Below, piece by piece: positions 32,804 to 42,374 of a DNA stretch of 64,000 nucleotides (position 1 is the first letter of the stretch; the number at the start of each line of letters is the position of its first letter). This DNA comes from an uncultured virus (IMG/VR IMGVR_UViG_3300021425_000020) (lineage: Duplodnaviria > Heunggongvirae > Uroviricota > Caudoviricetes), in IMG/VR virus record IMGVR_UViG_3300021425_000020; one strand, given 5' to 3'. The notes beneath the pieces were generated by a model. It ran no database searches and had not been told where the DNA came from. It saw only the letters and a list, made by a program, of their open reading frames with translations. The translations under genes were made by a program, and so were the position numbers.

Positions 32804-35254
32804 TTATCTTAAACCGGCTAACGCTGAAATTCTATTTAGTTCAGGAGTTTCTTGAACTTCTGGTTCTGCCTCTCTGTAGCCCATTACTTCTGCAACTTTA
32901 TTATTAACTTGTTCTATGAACGCTTGAGCTGGCCTAATATACTGTTCTCCGTATTCTTTTTCTACCATAGTAAGTACGGCTGTTTCGCCTTTTGGAAACT
33001 GGCCTGTATGACGATCAAAGTAACTTAGTATAAATTCGCCTAATGGAGTTTTTTGGTCTTTTTCAAGTGTAATTTTTTCACCATCTGGTCCATCGATTTC
33101 ATCGCCTTTTTTCTTGCCGTCTTTTTTAGCCTGACGCACTGCATCTACATATGCGTTGCCTTCATCTAAGTTGACCCCTAAATGCTCAGCAGCAGACTTT
33201 ATACGTTGATTTGCTTCGTCAGACATAAACCCTGCATTATAAAACTGCACTGCCTTACTGCCAGGTAACATTGAATCTTTAAATTTTTCTATCGCATTTT
33301 CGACTGGGCCTGCAGGTAATTCTTCGCCTGCTTCTTGTCTTTGTTTGATTATGTTGATAATATGAGCTGCTATACTAGCTTCCTGTTCAATACCGGCACC
33401 ATACTGGTTCCACTGTTTTTCTAGCTTGCGGCGTTGTGCCATTTCTTTGGCTGCTGGTATTAATGCATCTAAACTGCCTTCTTCAGTATCTTCTTCGTTC
33501 TCGTTAAGTTGTTCAGCAAACTGACCCATTAGATCTTCTATTGCATTTTCAAATGCTTGTTCCATTGACGGATTAGTTAAACGTTTAAAATCGTCTGGAC
33601 TGTAATTGTCTTTAGGATCGATACCTCTAGTTGCACCCGGTGTTGTAGGACTTGCACCTATATCTTTTGCTACAAGAGGAATCACCAATTCTGTTCCTAC
33701 TTGAATTAATTTAGGATTATTAATGCCATTGGCATTCATAATTTCGTCAACACCTTGCTGTACACCACCTGGGAAATGATCTATGTACTGTTGAGCAATT
33801 GAAAATATTGTTTCACCTGGAGCAACTTTATGATATGTATCTTCTGCTTCTTCTAGTTCTTGTGATTCGTTATTTCCAATAGATTGTATATCTTGCTTTA
33901 CAAAATCAATAATGAATTTAGGTTCAACTGGAGCAGCTTTCATTACTCTTATCGCTTCGGGATTATCAACTGGACCTGCCATCGCTTGCCTAATTAAGCT
34001 CATCTGCTGTTGAGCGTTTACCATTGTTTTGTTGCCGCCGCCTAGTTTTTGAATTTCTCTGCTCATATTGATTAACTCCATATAGAGTTGTATCAAGAAT
34101 GCGCCGCCTTGTTTTCCATTGAATGGACGATTTAGATCACTTGCTATTTTATTGTCAAATGCAAGTTTTTCATATCTTTGAGAAATTTTCATTGCTTTTT
34201 TAACAAAGTCGTCGGGTTTTACACCTTGTGGTAATCCGATTGCCTTGCCTAAGTTAAATTCACTTAATAAATCTTCTGGATTTACTGTTTCTGCTAAAGT
34301 AGATTCGCTTACTAAATTGTAAATGTAAGGAAACACATCTTTTAATTCTTCATTAAATTGCTTTACAGTTAATTGATCAATCCAGTTTTCAGCAACTTCG
34401 CTAGGCACTTCGTTTACTTGTGCAGGAGTAAAATTATCTAATGCTTCTGCATAGTATGCTGGCTTTTGCAAATTATTGATTTCTTTTTTGATAGCACCCA
34501 TACGTTCTTTGACTGTGCCAGTATATTCAGACAGTGTTTCTGCCATTACCGAACTTCTATTCATATATTGATTAAATTTTCTTAGCTTTGACAATTCTTC
34601 ACTTAGTCCTGAGATGTGTTTTCCAAAATCGTCAAATGGATGACCGCCTTCGCCTATGTGTTTTGCCATTGCTCTAGCACCACTTAAATGCTTGAATGGA
34701 TATTTAAATTTTTCGCCATCGGAGTTTTCAATAAAAATAGAACCTATTTTTTTGTTTCTACTTTCACCTTCGTCGATAGTTCCGTTATGCTTGATTGAAA
34801 GTTTTGCACTTCCAAACTTTTGGAAACTTGTTTTATGAGTTCCATACATTTTTGATTCTGACATTGTATTATCTCCGGGACGATTTGTTGCTAAAAATTT
34901 ATAATCTCTTTTTTGTAAATTTGTGCGTGTAATATCTCTTACTTCAAATTTGAGTAATCTTTTTTTACTAAACATTCTCATGTCTTTTAAAAATGAAAAC
35001 CAATCTTGTTTGTGTTGTCCATAGTTCTCGTCTATCATATCTTTATTGTAAATGATAGCAATACCATTTTCTTCATCTAAACTGATACTTACTTTTCCAA
35101 TTGGCTTTTGTTGTGGTCCAAAATCAAAATCAAAAAATCTTGCTTCAGTTGGTACATTGGTCACATCGCCGTTTTCGTCGCCAATGGTTAAATTGCCGAA
35201 GCGACCTTTTACGGAATTGAACAATTGTTCTGCTATTACACTTAAATTTATCAT
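32804..35254 (-). CDS. large acidic putative head/internal protein with a LysM domain
   Basis: HKVAPGETIFSIAQQY...IMNANGINNPKLIQVGTELVIP is a LysM motif. A late motif lies 6 nt before the ATG. Confidence 0.7.
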   Translation of the reverse strand: MINLSVIAEQLFNSVKGRFGNLTIGDENGDVTNVPTEARFFDFDFGPQQKPIGKVSISLDEENGIAIIYNKDMIDENYGQHKQDWFSFLKDMRMFSKKRLLKFEVRDITRTNLQKRDYKFLATNRPGDNTMSESKMYGTHKTSFQKFGSAKLSIKHNGTIDEGESRNKKIGSIFIENSDGEKFKYPFKHLSGARAMAKHIGEGGHPFDDFGKHISGLSEELSKLRKFNQYMNRSSVMAETLSEYTGTVKERMGAIKKEINNLQKPAYYAEALDNFTPAQVNEVPSEVAENWIDQLTVKQFNEELKDVFPYIYNLVSESTLAETVNPEDLLSEFNLGKAIGLPQGVKPDDFVKKAMKISQRYEKLAFDNKIASDLNRPFNGKQGGAFLIQLYMELINMSREIQKLGGGNKTMVNAQQQMSLIRQAMAGPVDNPEAIRVMKAAPVEPKFIIDFVKQDIQSIGNNESQELEEAEDTYHKVAPGETIFSIAQQYIDHFPGGVQQGVDEIMNANGINNPKLIQVGTELVIPLVAKDIGASPTTPGATRGIDPKDNYSPDDFKRLTNPSMEQAFENAIEDLMGQFAEQLNENEEDTEEGSLDALIPAAKEMAQRRKLEKQWNQYGAGIEQEASIAAHIINIIKQRQEAGEELPAGPVENAIEKFKDSMLPGSKAVQFYNAGFMSDEANQRIKSAAEHLGVNLDEGNAYVDAVRQAKKDGKKKGDEIDGPDGEKITLEKDQKTPLGEFILSYFDRHTGQFPKGETAVLTMVEKEYGEQYIRPAQAFIEQVNNKVAEVMGYREAEPEVQETPELNRISALAGLR

Positions 35255-35267
35255 ACTAGTTATTTAT

Positions 35268-36848
35268 CTAATTGGTACTTATAAAAATAGGCATTGGCAT
35301 TTCGTAATCTTCTTCATGATCAACCTGTGTAAATGTGTTATAAACACTTGGATCCCAATCTTTCATTACATTTATGATTCTTAGTGTTAAAATCAATGCA
35401 CTAATTAAATCGTCTGTATTACCTGGCTTTGCTTGAAAACTACTTCCTGATGCTATAAATCCTTTGAGTTCTGTAATTAGTGGCTTGCTACGAATAACAA
35501 TTTTATCATTTTCGATCATTGTTTTTAATCTAGCACAGGCACTTGTTTTACTTCCGTGTGTTGTATTAAATCCTTTTCTAAATTTTCTCACGTGTCCTTT
35601 TCGTATAGGTTCGCTTATAAACAACCCTGGAATGTTTTCTTCTCCAAAGTCTTGTATTACAATCAATGCTGCTTCGCCTATACCATTGTTTTCTACACTC
35701 CAATATATGTTGCTACCTTCACTGCCCGTAGTATCTGCAATATACTTGCATATGTCTTTCAGCACTCTAATTTGTCCCGGAATAGCAGTCATATTATGCT
35801 GCCACTCTGCAACTTGTTCATACGTTGGCAACTCTAATACTTGTATGGCAGCATTGTCGCCACCTGTGCCCATAGCTGGATCAAGAGCAACTGTATAATT
35901 TTTATCTATACTTGGCTTTTTATACCAGCGTACTTGTCCCATATTCATAGTTGGAGTAACACCCTCCATTACAGCCAATTTTAAACTATTAATAAGTGTT
36001 TCGTCAAATACTAAGAATTCGCATTCGTATTCACGTCTAAACATTTCTTCGCCAATACGACCTATTTCGTCAACTTTCCACTTTTCATCACGATCTGGGT
36101 GTTCACTCCAGTGTGCTTTGAATGCGTGAAATCCGTTTACACCTACATCTTGTTCATTACCGTGTTCGTCAAACTTCTGTTCTGCTTGTTTCCAGATAGT
36201 AGCAAAAGTATCTTCGTCACTGTTTGGTGTACTTGTAATAATAGCACGACCACCTGTTGCTAGTGTAGGTGAAATACTAGTCCAAAACTCTTCTGCAATG
36301 TTAGGTTGCACAAATGCGAACTCGTCACAATATAGTAGTGAGATAGACAAACCACGTCCAGTAGTGCCTGTAGTTGTTTGACTGATAATACGTGAACCGT
36401 TTTCAAATTCAATAGAACCTTTGTTGTAGCTGGTTACACCTGCACGTATGTGATCAGGACAAAGTTCATAAACATAGCGTATACGCTGCATAATCTCTTG
36501 CGCACCGGTATATTTGTGTGCTGCAATAAGAATAGTTTGGTCAGCATTAAACATTGCAAACCAAGCAAGATATATACTAGCACACGTAGTTTTGCCTGTT
36601 TGTCTAGGCATCATATTAATATTAAATCTGTAGTTATGATAACTGCTCATTAATCCAAGTTGATATTCAAATGGATCAAACAACAATTTTCCTCTTACAG
36701 GATGTTGAATATGTGCAAAGTGTTTTGCAAAATGTAAATAGCCTTCGTCAGGATCCATACAAGCTAATAAATCTTCAACTTGTTCATTTGTAAATGTTTC
36801 TTGTTTATTGGCTTTTTTAATTAATACGCCGTCTAATGAAGCTCCCAT
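35268..36848 (-). CDS. terminase large subunit (T4 gp17-like)
   Basis: Motifs PRQTGKT, YCDEFAF, ITSTPN, REYECEF, LDPAMG.G.D, VENN and DDL. Confidence 0.95.
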   Translation of the reverse strand: MGASLDGVLIKKANKQETFTNEQVEDLLACMDPDEGYLHFAKHFAHIQHPVRGKLLFDPFEYQLGLMSSYHNYRFNINMMPRQTGKTTCASIYLAWFAMFNADQTILIAAHKYTGAQEIMQRIRYVYELCPDHIRAGVTSYNKGSIEFENGSRIISQTTTGTTGRGLSISLLYCDEFAFVQPNIAEEFWTSISPTLATGGRAIITSTPNSDEDTFATIWKQAEQKFDEHGNEQDVGVNGFHAFKAHWSEHPDRDEKWKVDEIGRIGEEMFRREYECEFLVFDETLINSLKLAVMEGVTPTMNMGQVRWYKKPSIDKNYTVALDPAMGTGGDNAAIQVLELPTYEQVAEWQHNMTAIPGQIRVLKDICKYIADTTGSEGSNIYWSVENNGIGEAALIVIQDFGEENIPGLFISEPIRKGHVRKFRKGFNTTHGSKTSACARLKTMIENDKIVIRSKPLITELKGFIASGSSFQAKPGNTDDLISALILTLRIINVMKDWDPSVYNTFTQVDHEEDYEMPMPIFISTN

Positions 36849-36862
36849 AAAAATATTTAGCC

Positions 36863-36890
36863 AAAAAAATAGCGCCCTAAGGCGCTATTG
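36863..36890 (-). terminator. Rho-independent terminator
   Basis: AATAGCGCC-TTAG-GGCGCTATT followed by a T run on the minus strand. Confidence 0.85.
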
Positions 36891-36908
36891 AGTTCTGGGG
36901 GGGATTGC

Positions 36909-37808
36909 TTATTTTCTTGCTTCAAGTGCTGCACGAAGCTGTGATTTGATTTGTTCTTCCAAGTCAGCATCTTCTGTATTCATTGGATTATCGCCACCTG
37001 CTGTTGCTGGGTACGAACGTTTCTTTTTGTGTAAATCATCACCATGTGGAATACTTGCACTTACGTCATTCATATATGTTTCGTCTGGTGCACTTGGTTC
37101 GTCATCGTACTCGTCGCCCATTGGACCTTCTTCTTCTGTTGTAGTCATCATTCTTACCATGTCGCCCATATCGGGTTCTGGTTTACTACCACAAGGTGTT
37201 TTTGGTTCACTGTGTACGTGACTGCTAATATCATCTGCATCAACTGCTTTTGCTCCGTCAGCACCTGCTAGTTGCATCAATCTAATTAAATCTTCAGCAT
37301 TTCCAGAAATTGTAATTTCTTCGTTAATTTGATTGCCTGTGTTTTCTTTACTTGCAGTTTGAGTTGTTCTATTTTGTGCAGAGGCTTGGGCTGCATCAAC
37401 ACTACCTTCACCTGGTCTTGGTCCTACTCTACTCTGATCTCCGTCTGCATTATTTGCAAGTCTATCAATTCTTGCTTTTGTTTCTGGTCCTACAATACCA
37501 TCAACTTTTAACCCTTGGCTTTGTTGAAATGTTCTTACAGCTTTTGCAGTAGCAGGTCCAAAGATGCCATCAGCTTGGCGTATACCTAATTTTTGTTGTA
37601 ACTGCTTTACACCTTCACCTCTACTACCTTGGCGCATTACTGCACTGTAATCTTTTGCAGGTGCTGGTGCTGGTTTGCCAGATTGTGCTTGATCAACAGC
37701 TTGAGCTGCTGCTTTTTTTGCTTTTTCTTTTTCAAGACCCATTCCAACTAATGCACCAAATAGTGCAGCTATTAAAGGGTTTTCGTCTAGTCTTTGTTTA
37801 TCACTCAT
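36909..37808 (-). CDS. putative virion protein with a PG_binding_1 peptidoglycan-binding domain
   Basis: MRQGSRGEGVKQLQQKLG..ADGIFGPAT..AVRTFQ...GLKVDGIVGPET; no catalytic domain recognised. Confidence 0.8.
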   Translation of the reverse strand: MSDKQRLDENPLIAALFGALVGMGLEKEKAKKAAAQAVDQAQSGKPAPAPAKDYSAVMRQGSRGEGVKQLQQKLGIRQADGIFGPATAKAVRTFQQSQGLKVDGIVGPETKARIDRLANNADGDQSRVGPRPGEGSVDAAQASAQNRTTQTASKENTGNQINEEITISGNAEDLIRLMQLAGADGAKAVDADDISSHVHSEPKTPCGSKPEPDMGDMVRMMTTTEEEGPMGDEYDDEPSAPDETYMNDVSASIPHGDDLHKKKRSYPATAGGDNPMNTEDADLEEQIKSQLRAALEARK

Positions 37809-38359
37809 GATAATACCGCCTTACTGTTTTCGTTGTTGTCAATGTCTTTGCTGTCTCCTGCAGGAGCCTCACCTACATAGTCATTGTTTCTTTCTTTACG
37901 TGCTGATTCTAATTCTTTTAACAAATCCATAACTCTATTTGGGCCTGCATTTTCTTGCGCACTTTCGCCACCCATATCTTCTTGTGTTAACATTGCAGTA
38001 TATTCTGCATCTGTTTTTTCTTCCTGATATTCTTCTTGTGGCTCATTAGGATTACGTACAATAATATGACTTTGTGGCACTGAACAAACACTGCCTAAAT
38101 ATTCTTGTAGAACTCTGCTGGTTGTTGGATACATTAAATCTACTTCATAATAAGTAACTTCCATATTTTCCAACTGCGGAAAGTCTAGTGGACGTTCTTG
38201 TATAGGAGTTTTCTTTCCTGTACTCATTTTTCCAACGCCAAATTTTTGTAAACCTGTTTCCATCATATCTTCAAAATGTTCAGGCAATTCGCCTGCAACA
38301 CCTACTTTAAAAGAATAAACTTTTTTAGATTCTGCCAAGTACTCTGTAAAACTTTTCAT
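37805..38359 (-). CDS. hypothetical (probable head-internal) protein
   Basis: The N-terminus MKSFTEYLAES resembles the T4 capsid-targeting sequence; TAAATA at 38382-38387. Confidence 0.6.
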   Translation of the reverse strand: MKSFTEYLAESKKVYSFKVGVAGELPEHFEDMMETGLQKFGVGKMSTGKKTPIQERPLDFPQLENMEVTYYEVDLMYPTTSRVLQEYLGSVCSVPQSHIIVRNPNEPQEEYQEEKTDAEYTAMLTQEDMGGESAQENAGPNRVMDLLKELESARKERNNDYVGEAPAGDSKDIDNNENSKAVLS

Positions 38360-38380
38360 ATTGTAACTTCCTATTATATG

Positions 38381-38869
38381 TTATTTATCTTTATCCAAAC
38401 CTTTAAGCTTCTCTAATAAACTGTTTCTATCAGTTACAACATAACCTTCACCTGATACTATTCCTTCTGGTGATGATCCAGCATCTTTATCCATTTTTTC
38501 TTTTTTAAGTTGTAGCTCTACCATTTTTAATTTTTTATCAAGTTTTGCTACTTTAGCATCTAAGTTTGTTTTAAGCATAGTGCCTGCAACTTCAAAAACT
38601 CTACCACTGTAGCGACTCTCAACATTCATTCCTAAATCCATTAGGTCGTCGTATGCTTGCATAGCTTTATCTGCAACTTCATTTAGTTCTTTATCTGCCA
38701 TATCGCCAAGGCCTTTGACAGCAGGTAATGCACTAGCAATCTTATCAAACTCTTCTATATCTCTAAATGTATCTTCTTGTTCTACAATTGCATTTTCTAC
38801 CTTTTGGATATTTTCTTCTTTTATATCTTCGGGCGCAATGTTTAACAAATCTTCAAGTTTTTTAGTCAT
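38381..38869 (-). CDS. putative terminase small subunit (gp16-like)
   Basis: Helical 162-aa protein with R.FEVA..M and a C-terminal V.DR..LL, near terL. Confidence 0.55.
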   Translation of the reverse strand: MTKKLEDLLNIAPEDIKEENIQKVENAIVEQEDTFRDIEEFDKIASALPAVKGLGDMADKELNEVADKAMQAYDDLMDLGMNVESRYSGRVFEVAGTMLKTNLDAKVAKLDKKLKMVELQLKKEKMDKDAGSSPEGIVSGEGYVVTDRNSLLEKLKGLDKDK

Positions 38870-38901
38870 AATACTTTTCCATTATATGCTACTATTATTT
38901 A

Positions 38902-39462
38902 TCATAGTGTAGGACAATATGAAAAGTATTCTATTTCTTTTTCAAATCGCTTATAAACAAAATCAATAAACTTAGGAGTCAGATAATCTTTTTTATTATA
39001 TTTTCCTATATGTACATTTCTTTTTAATGGTATATCACATTGAAACCATTTTTTTATTTTCTTAAAATCATCACTCAATGTTTCATTAGAAAATATGTTT
39101 TCAACTCCTTTGATATATTCTAATTGAGAAGTTGTTCCATTATAACCTTTATCTAGACTATAATCTATGTAATACTCAATACCTTTATGCCATACATCTA
39201 ACATTTTAGTATAATGTTCTACTTTGTAATTTTTTGGAATTCTTTGTTCGCATTTTACTTTTTGAAAAACATATAAACTAATTAATCTATCCCATGTATT
39301 TCTAGTTATAGTAAAACTTGTATCATAATTTTCTTGAATAGAATTTAAAAACAAATGGTCATTTCTTATTAATTGATACTGACTATCTTTTAAATTTTGG
39401 TACCACCATCTATATACACTTGCTCCACCTGTTTTAGGTATATGTACAAAAGCTACTTTCAT
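38902..39462 (-). CDS. sulfotransferase family 2 protein
   Basis: 5'-PSB motif FVHIPKTGGAS and 3'-PB motif RN.WDRLISLY. Confidence 0.85.
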   Translation of the reverse strand: MKVAFVHIPKTGGASVYRWWYQNLKDSQYQLIRNDHLFLNSIQENYDTSFTITRNTWDRLISLYVFQKVKCEQRIPKNYKVEHYTKMLDVWHKGIEYYIDYSLDKGYNGTTSQLEYIKGVENIFSNETLSDDFKKIKKWFQCDIPLKRNVHIGKYNKKDYLTPKFIDFVYKRFEKEIEYFSYCPTL

Positions 39463-39896
39463 TTACGTTTTCCTTGATGGAAAATATCTGTTTCATTAAT
39501 AACTCTAAACAACATACCTTTTTGTTTACAGTATGCTCTAGCTGCTGCCCACTTTGCTTGATTAACTACATAATGTAATTTATTATTTTGACTTCTGCCT
39601 ACTTTTTCTTTGTGTGTTTGATTAGCAGGTTTTATTTCTATTAATTCTACGTGTTGTTTACCATTTCTATCACTGTAAACAATAAAAAAGTCAGGAACAT
39701 AAATTGTAAACTTTCCGCTCAACGGATTTCTGTACGGTATCTTTACTGCTTCGCTTGCCCATTTGGTTATACTATCGTTAGTATCACACATTCGCATGAA
39801 TGCAAACTCCCAACTGCTTCTATATGTAGGAGTTCTTCCTCCTATATATTTGTCAGGATTTTTGAGTGCAAATTTTCCTTGAGCAAAACGTGCCAT
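39459..39896 (-). CDS. head completion nuclease (T4 gp4-like)
   Basis: Motifs NPDKY.G, YRSSWE, WASE, Y.PDF, IEIKP..Q and NQAKWAAA. Confidence 0.88.
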   Translation of the reverse strand: MARFAQGKFALKNPDKYIGGRTPTYRSSWEFAFMRMCDTNDSITKWASEAVKIPYRNPLSGKFTIYVPDFFIVYSDRNGKQHVELIEIKPANQTHKEKVGRSQNNKLHYVVNQAKWAAARAYCKQKGMLFRVINETDIFHQGKRK

Positions 39897-40267
39897 TACA
39901 ATACAATATTTCTAGCTTCTCTACTTTTTTCTTTTGGCGAAATTTGATAACCTAATGCACTACTTTTACTTCTATTAACATTTAAAATTGTAGCTACCAA
40001 TTGACTTAGTTGTACTTCATTTAATCCTTTTAGTGTATCTAAAATACTATACACAGGAGTGCCTTCTAAGTTTGCTTGTTGTAAAATTGCTGTGCTTACA
40101 GCAATGGCACTTTGTTTTTCAAATCCTCTTTTTTCAAAAAATCCTACAACACTGTCAACCTGATTAGATGTAAAATTAATTTGTTTAGTAAAATATTTGT
40201 TAAAAAATTCTTTTACTTCGCCTGCACTATCATTTTTATTTTCAATTCCACTTACACTTGTGTTCAT
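39896..40267 (-). CDS. hypothetical protein (123 aa)
   Basis: Coupled ORF in the morphogenesis operon. Confidence 0.75.
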   Translation of the reverse strand: MNTSVSGIENKNDSAGEVKEFFNKYFTKQINFTSNQVDSVVGFFEKRGFEKQSAIAVSTAILQQANLEGTPVYSILDTLKGLNEVQLSQLVATILNVNRSKSSALGYQISPKEKSREARNIVL

Positions 40268-41595
40268 TGTGCATTCCTTATATTATCAAAGTTATCAATT
40301 GCTTGTTGTCCAAACGCATCTTTTTGACTTCTACTTAAACTGTTCCAAGATTCTTTTCTATCGTTTAAATTGCCAGCTTGTTGCGAATTAAAATAAACAT
40401 TTCTAAAAGCAAAATCATCTTTTGCTTGTTGATTATTATTTAAAACATCTAAGGCATCGTTACGTGATAAGTTGAATATGTTATTATTTGTATCTGACAC
40501 TTGTCTAGATTGTGTTGCAGATTGAGCTTGCCCTGAAGGAAAAAATGTGTTAGCTAATCCATTAATTGCAGCCGTAGATGCTGATACAATTGCTCCATTT
40601 ACAATTGCATCTTTTTCGGCATTTAAATCACTGTTTGAAAGATTATTAATATTTCTTATTGTATTAATGCCTGTTAATATTGTTCCTATATTTGTGTTGT
40701 TATTTTCAATATCTTTAAACACACTAGTAATACCACTTAGGATGCCGCCGTCACCAAAAAGATTTGTTGTGCCGCCACCTTCAATTGTCAAAGGACTTGG
40801 TGTAACATCATAATGAGATGGATCTGCAAATCCGGCTGGATTATCTTGTGTGGTTAATCCTCTACCATACATAACAGATTCGTATTCAATTTGCATTTCA
40901 TTTTTTGTAAAACTACTCGATGATTGTTCTAAATTATCGTGTCGCAAACTGCTTATAATTGGATTGATCAATGTAAAACTTGTAAATTGACTTTCGCCGC
41001 TATTACCGTGTAACTGATTGATAGTGATACTGTTAAAGAATGGAGCACTAGGGCGTGTTTTATCCAAACCATATCTATAATTGTTCCTAATGTCACTGCC
41101 ATACAAATTATCTGGATCGTTTATGTACGGTAATGGAACAGTTGTATCGGGCTGACCTGTAGCATTTTTTCTACTGTAATTTGGATCTTGATAATAATAT
41201 CTAAAATAACATTCCCATAGTAATGTAGTCAAACCTGCTTGATCATCATGAAACATTAAGTTAATAGGATCGTATCTCATTTGAGTTTGTATAACTTTTT
41301 TTCTGTTATATTGATTTTTTGTATCAGTAGCTATGGTATAACCAGGCAAGTCAACAGATTGTACCAACAAATTAAATTCTTTTTTGTTTAATAAAGAAAC
41401 GGCTGCTGATCCCAATGAAGATAATGCAATCTGGTTAACATCAAAAACAACATGATAAAGAAATTTTACTTTAGGCGTTAGTCGTAGATTGTTACGAACA
41501 TACAATGCACTAGCGTGTGCAAAATCTCCCATATTACCTTTAGGGTTACCTAATGCACTTGTAAAATTATCAAAGAATCCATTAAACTTACTCAT
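40264..41595 (-). CDS. tail-tube-like baseplate/tube initiator protein (gp48/gp54-like)
   Basis: Tube-fold-like motifs VDLPGY, YNRK and YDPINLMFHDD; adjacent to the tube gene. Confidence 0.6.
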   Translation of the reverse strand: MSKFNGFFDNFTSALGNPKGNMGDFAHASALYVRNNLRLTPKVKFLYHVVFDVNQIALSSLGSAAVSLLNKKEFNLLVQSVDLPGYTIATDTKNQYNRKKVIQTQMRYDPINLMFHDDQAGLTTLLWECYFRYYYQDPNYSRKNATGQPDTTVPLPYINDPDNLYGSDIRNNYRYGLDKTRPSAPFFNSITINQLHGNSGESQFTSFTLINPIISSLRHDNLEQSSSSFTKNEMQIEYESVMYGRGLTTQDNPAGFADPSHYDVTPSPLTIEGGGTTNLFGDGGILSGITSVFKDIENNNTNIGTILTGINTIRNINNLSNSDLNAEKDAIVNGAIVSASTAAINGLANTFFPSGQAQSATQSRQVSDTNNNIFNLSRNDALDVLNNNQQAKDDFAFRNVYFNSQQAGNLNDRKESWNSLSRSQKDAFGQQAIDNFDNIRNAQ

Positions 41596-41630
41596 AACGT
41601 ATTTATCTAATTAATTAACTGCGTACAAAA

Positions 41631-41656
41631 CAAAAAAGGAGCCCTACGGCTCCTTT
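41631..41656 (-). terminator. Rho-independent terminator after the tail tube gene
   Basis: AAAGGAGCC-GTAG-GGCTCCTTTTTT on the minus strand. Confidence 0.85.
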
Positions 41657-41679
41657 GTGTGCAATCTCTATTTTATTTA

Positions 41680-42306
41680 TTAGCTGCCGCCACCTGTTGA
41701 AAGTGAGCTTACATTTCTTGCAACAGTAGTTCCAATTCCTGTTCCTACTGGTGTTTGAATTGCATTGTCATACATAATTGTTAATGCAACTGTAACTGGA
41801 TCACTACTTGAATAAGCAACTGAACCATAATCTACTGTTGTTAAATATGCACCATAGATTTCCCAAGTTTCTAATACATTTGGAGCGTTAACACCGTTGC
41901 CACCGTCTAAAATTTCTAAACGTGTTGTGAACTTGTAATCAATACCAGATGCTGCACTTGCTTGTTCAAAGAAATCGAATTGTTTCTGTAGTTGTTCGCC
42001 AACTAGTTTAGAAACATTTCCGTTTACATCGTCACGCAAGTTGATTGTAACTTCGTTCCAACTGTGCTTACCAGCAATGTTTACTTTACTGTTGTAAACG
42101 TGTAGTTCTTGATTTTCAAAACTGATAGTTGGACGACTTGCATCAATAACTTGTTTTGTAAGTTCTTGTGTTTCGTTTGATACACCAAAATTTTCTAGTG
42201 TTACTCTAAAACGATATTGTAGCTTTGGCATTAACAAGCCCTGATTGCTTGCACTTGTGTCATTTGCCAAAGGCACTGTAATATTTGTGAGTGTTGAGAT
42301 TGCCAT
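41680..42306 (-). CDS. tail tube protein (gp19-like)
   Basis: PKLQYRFRV, AGKHSW..VTINLRDD and W...GAY; directly downstream of the sheath gene. Confidence 0.85.
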   Translation of the reverse strand: MAISTLTNITVPLANDTSASNQGLLMPKLQYRFRVTLENFGVSNETQELTKQVIDASRPTISFENQELHVYNSKVNIAGKHSWNEVTINLRDDVNGNVSKLVGEQLQKQFDFFEQASAASGIDYKFTTRLEILDGGNGVNAPNVLETWEIYGAYLTTVDYGSVAYSSSDPVTVALTIMYDNAIQTPVGTGIGTTVARNVSSLSTGGGS

Positions 42307-42374
42307 TAATATAACTCCTATCTAGTAGTATTTATCATTGTAGGATGCTAAATCATTAACACCCTACATATTGA

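Noticed and set aside
39459..39896. TnsA-like transposase / mobile element
   Set aside because: The motifs and context match a T4 gp4-like head completion nuclease, and there are no transposon ends or partner genes.
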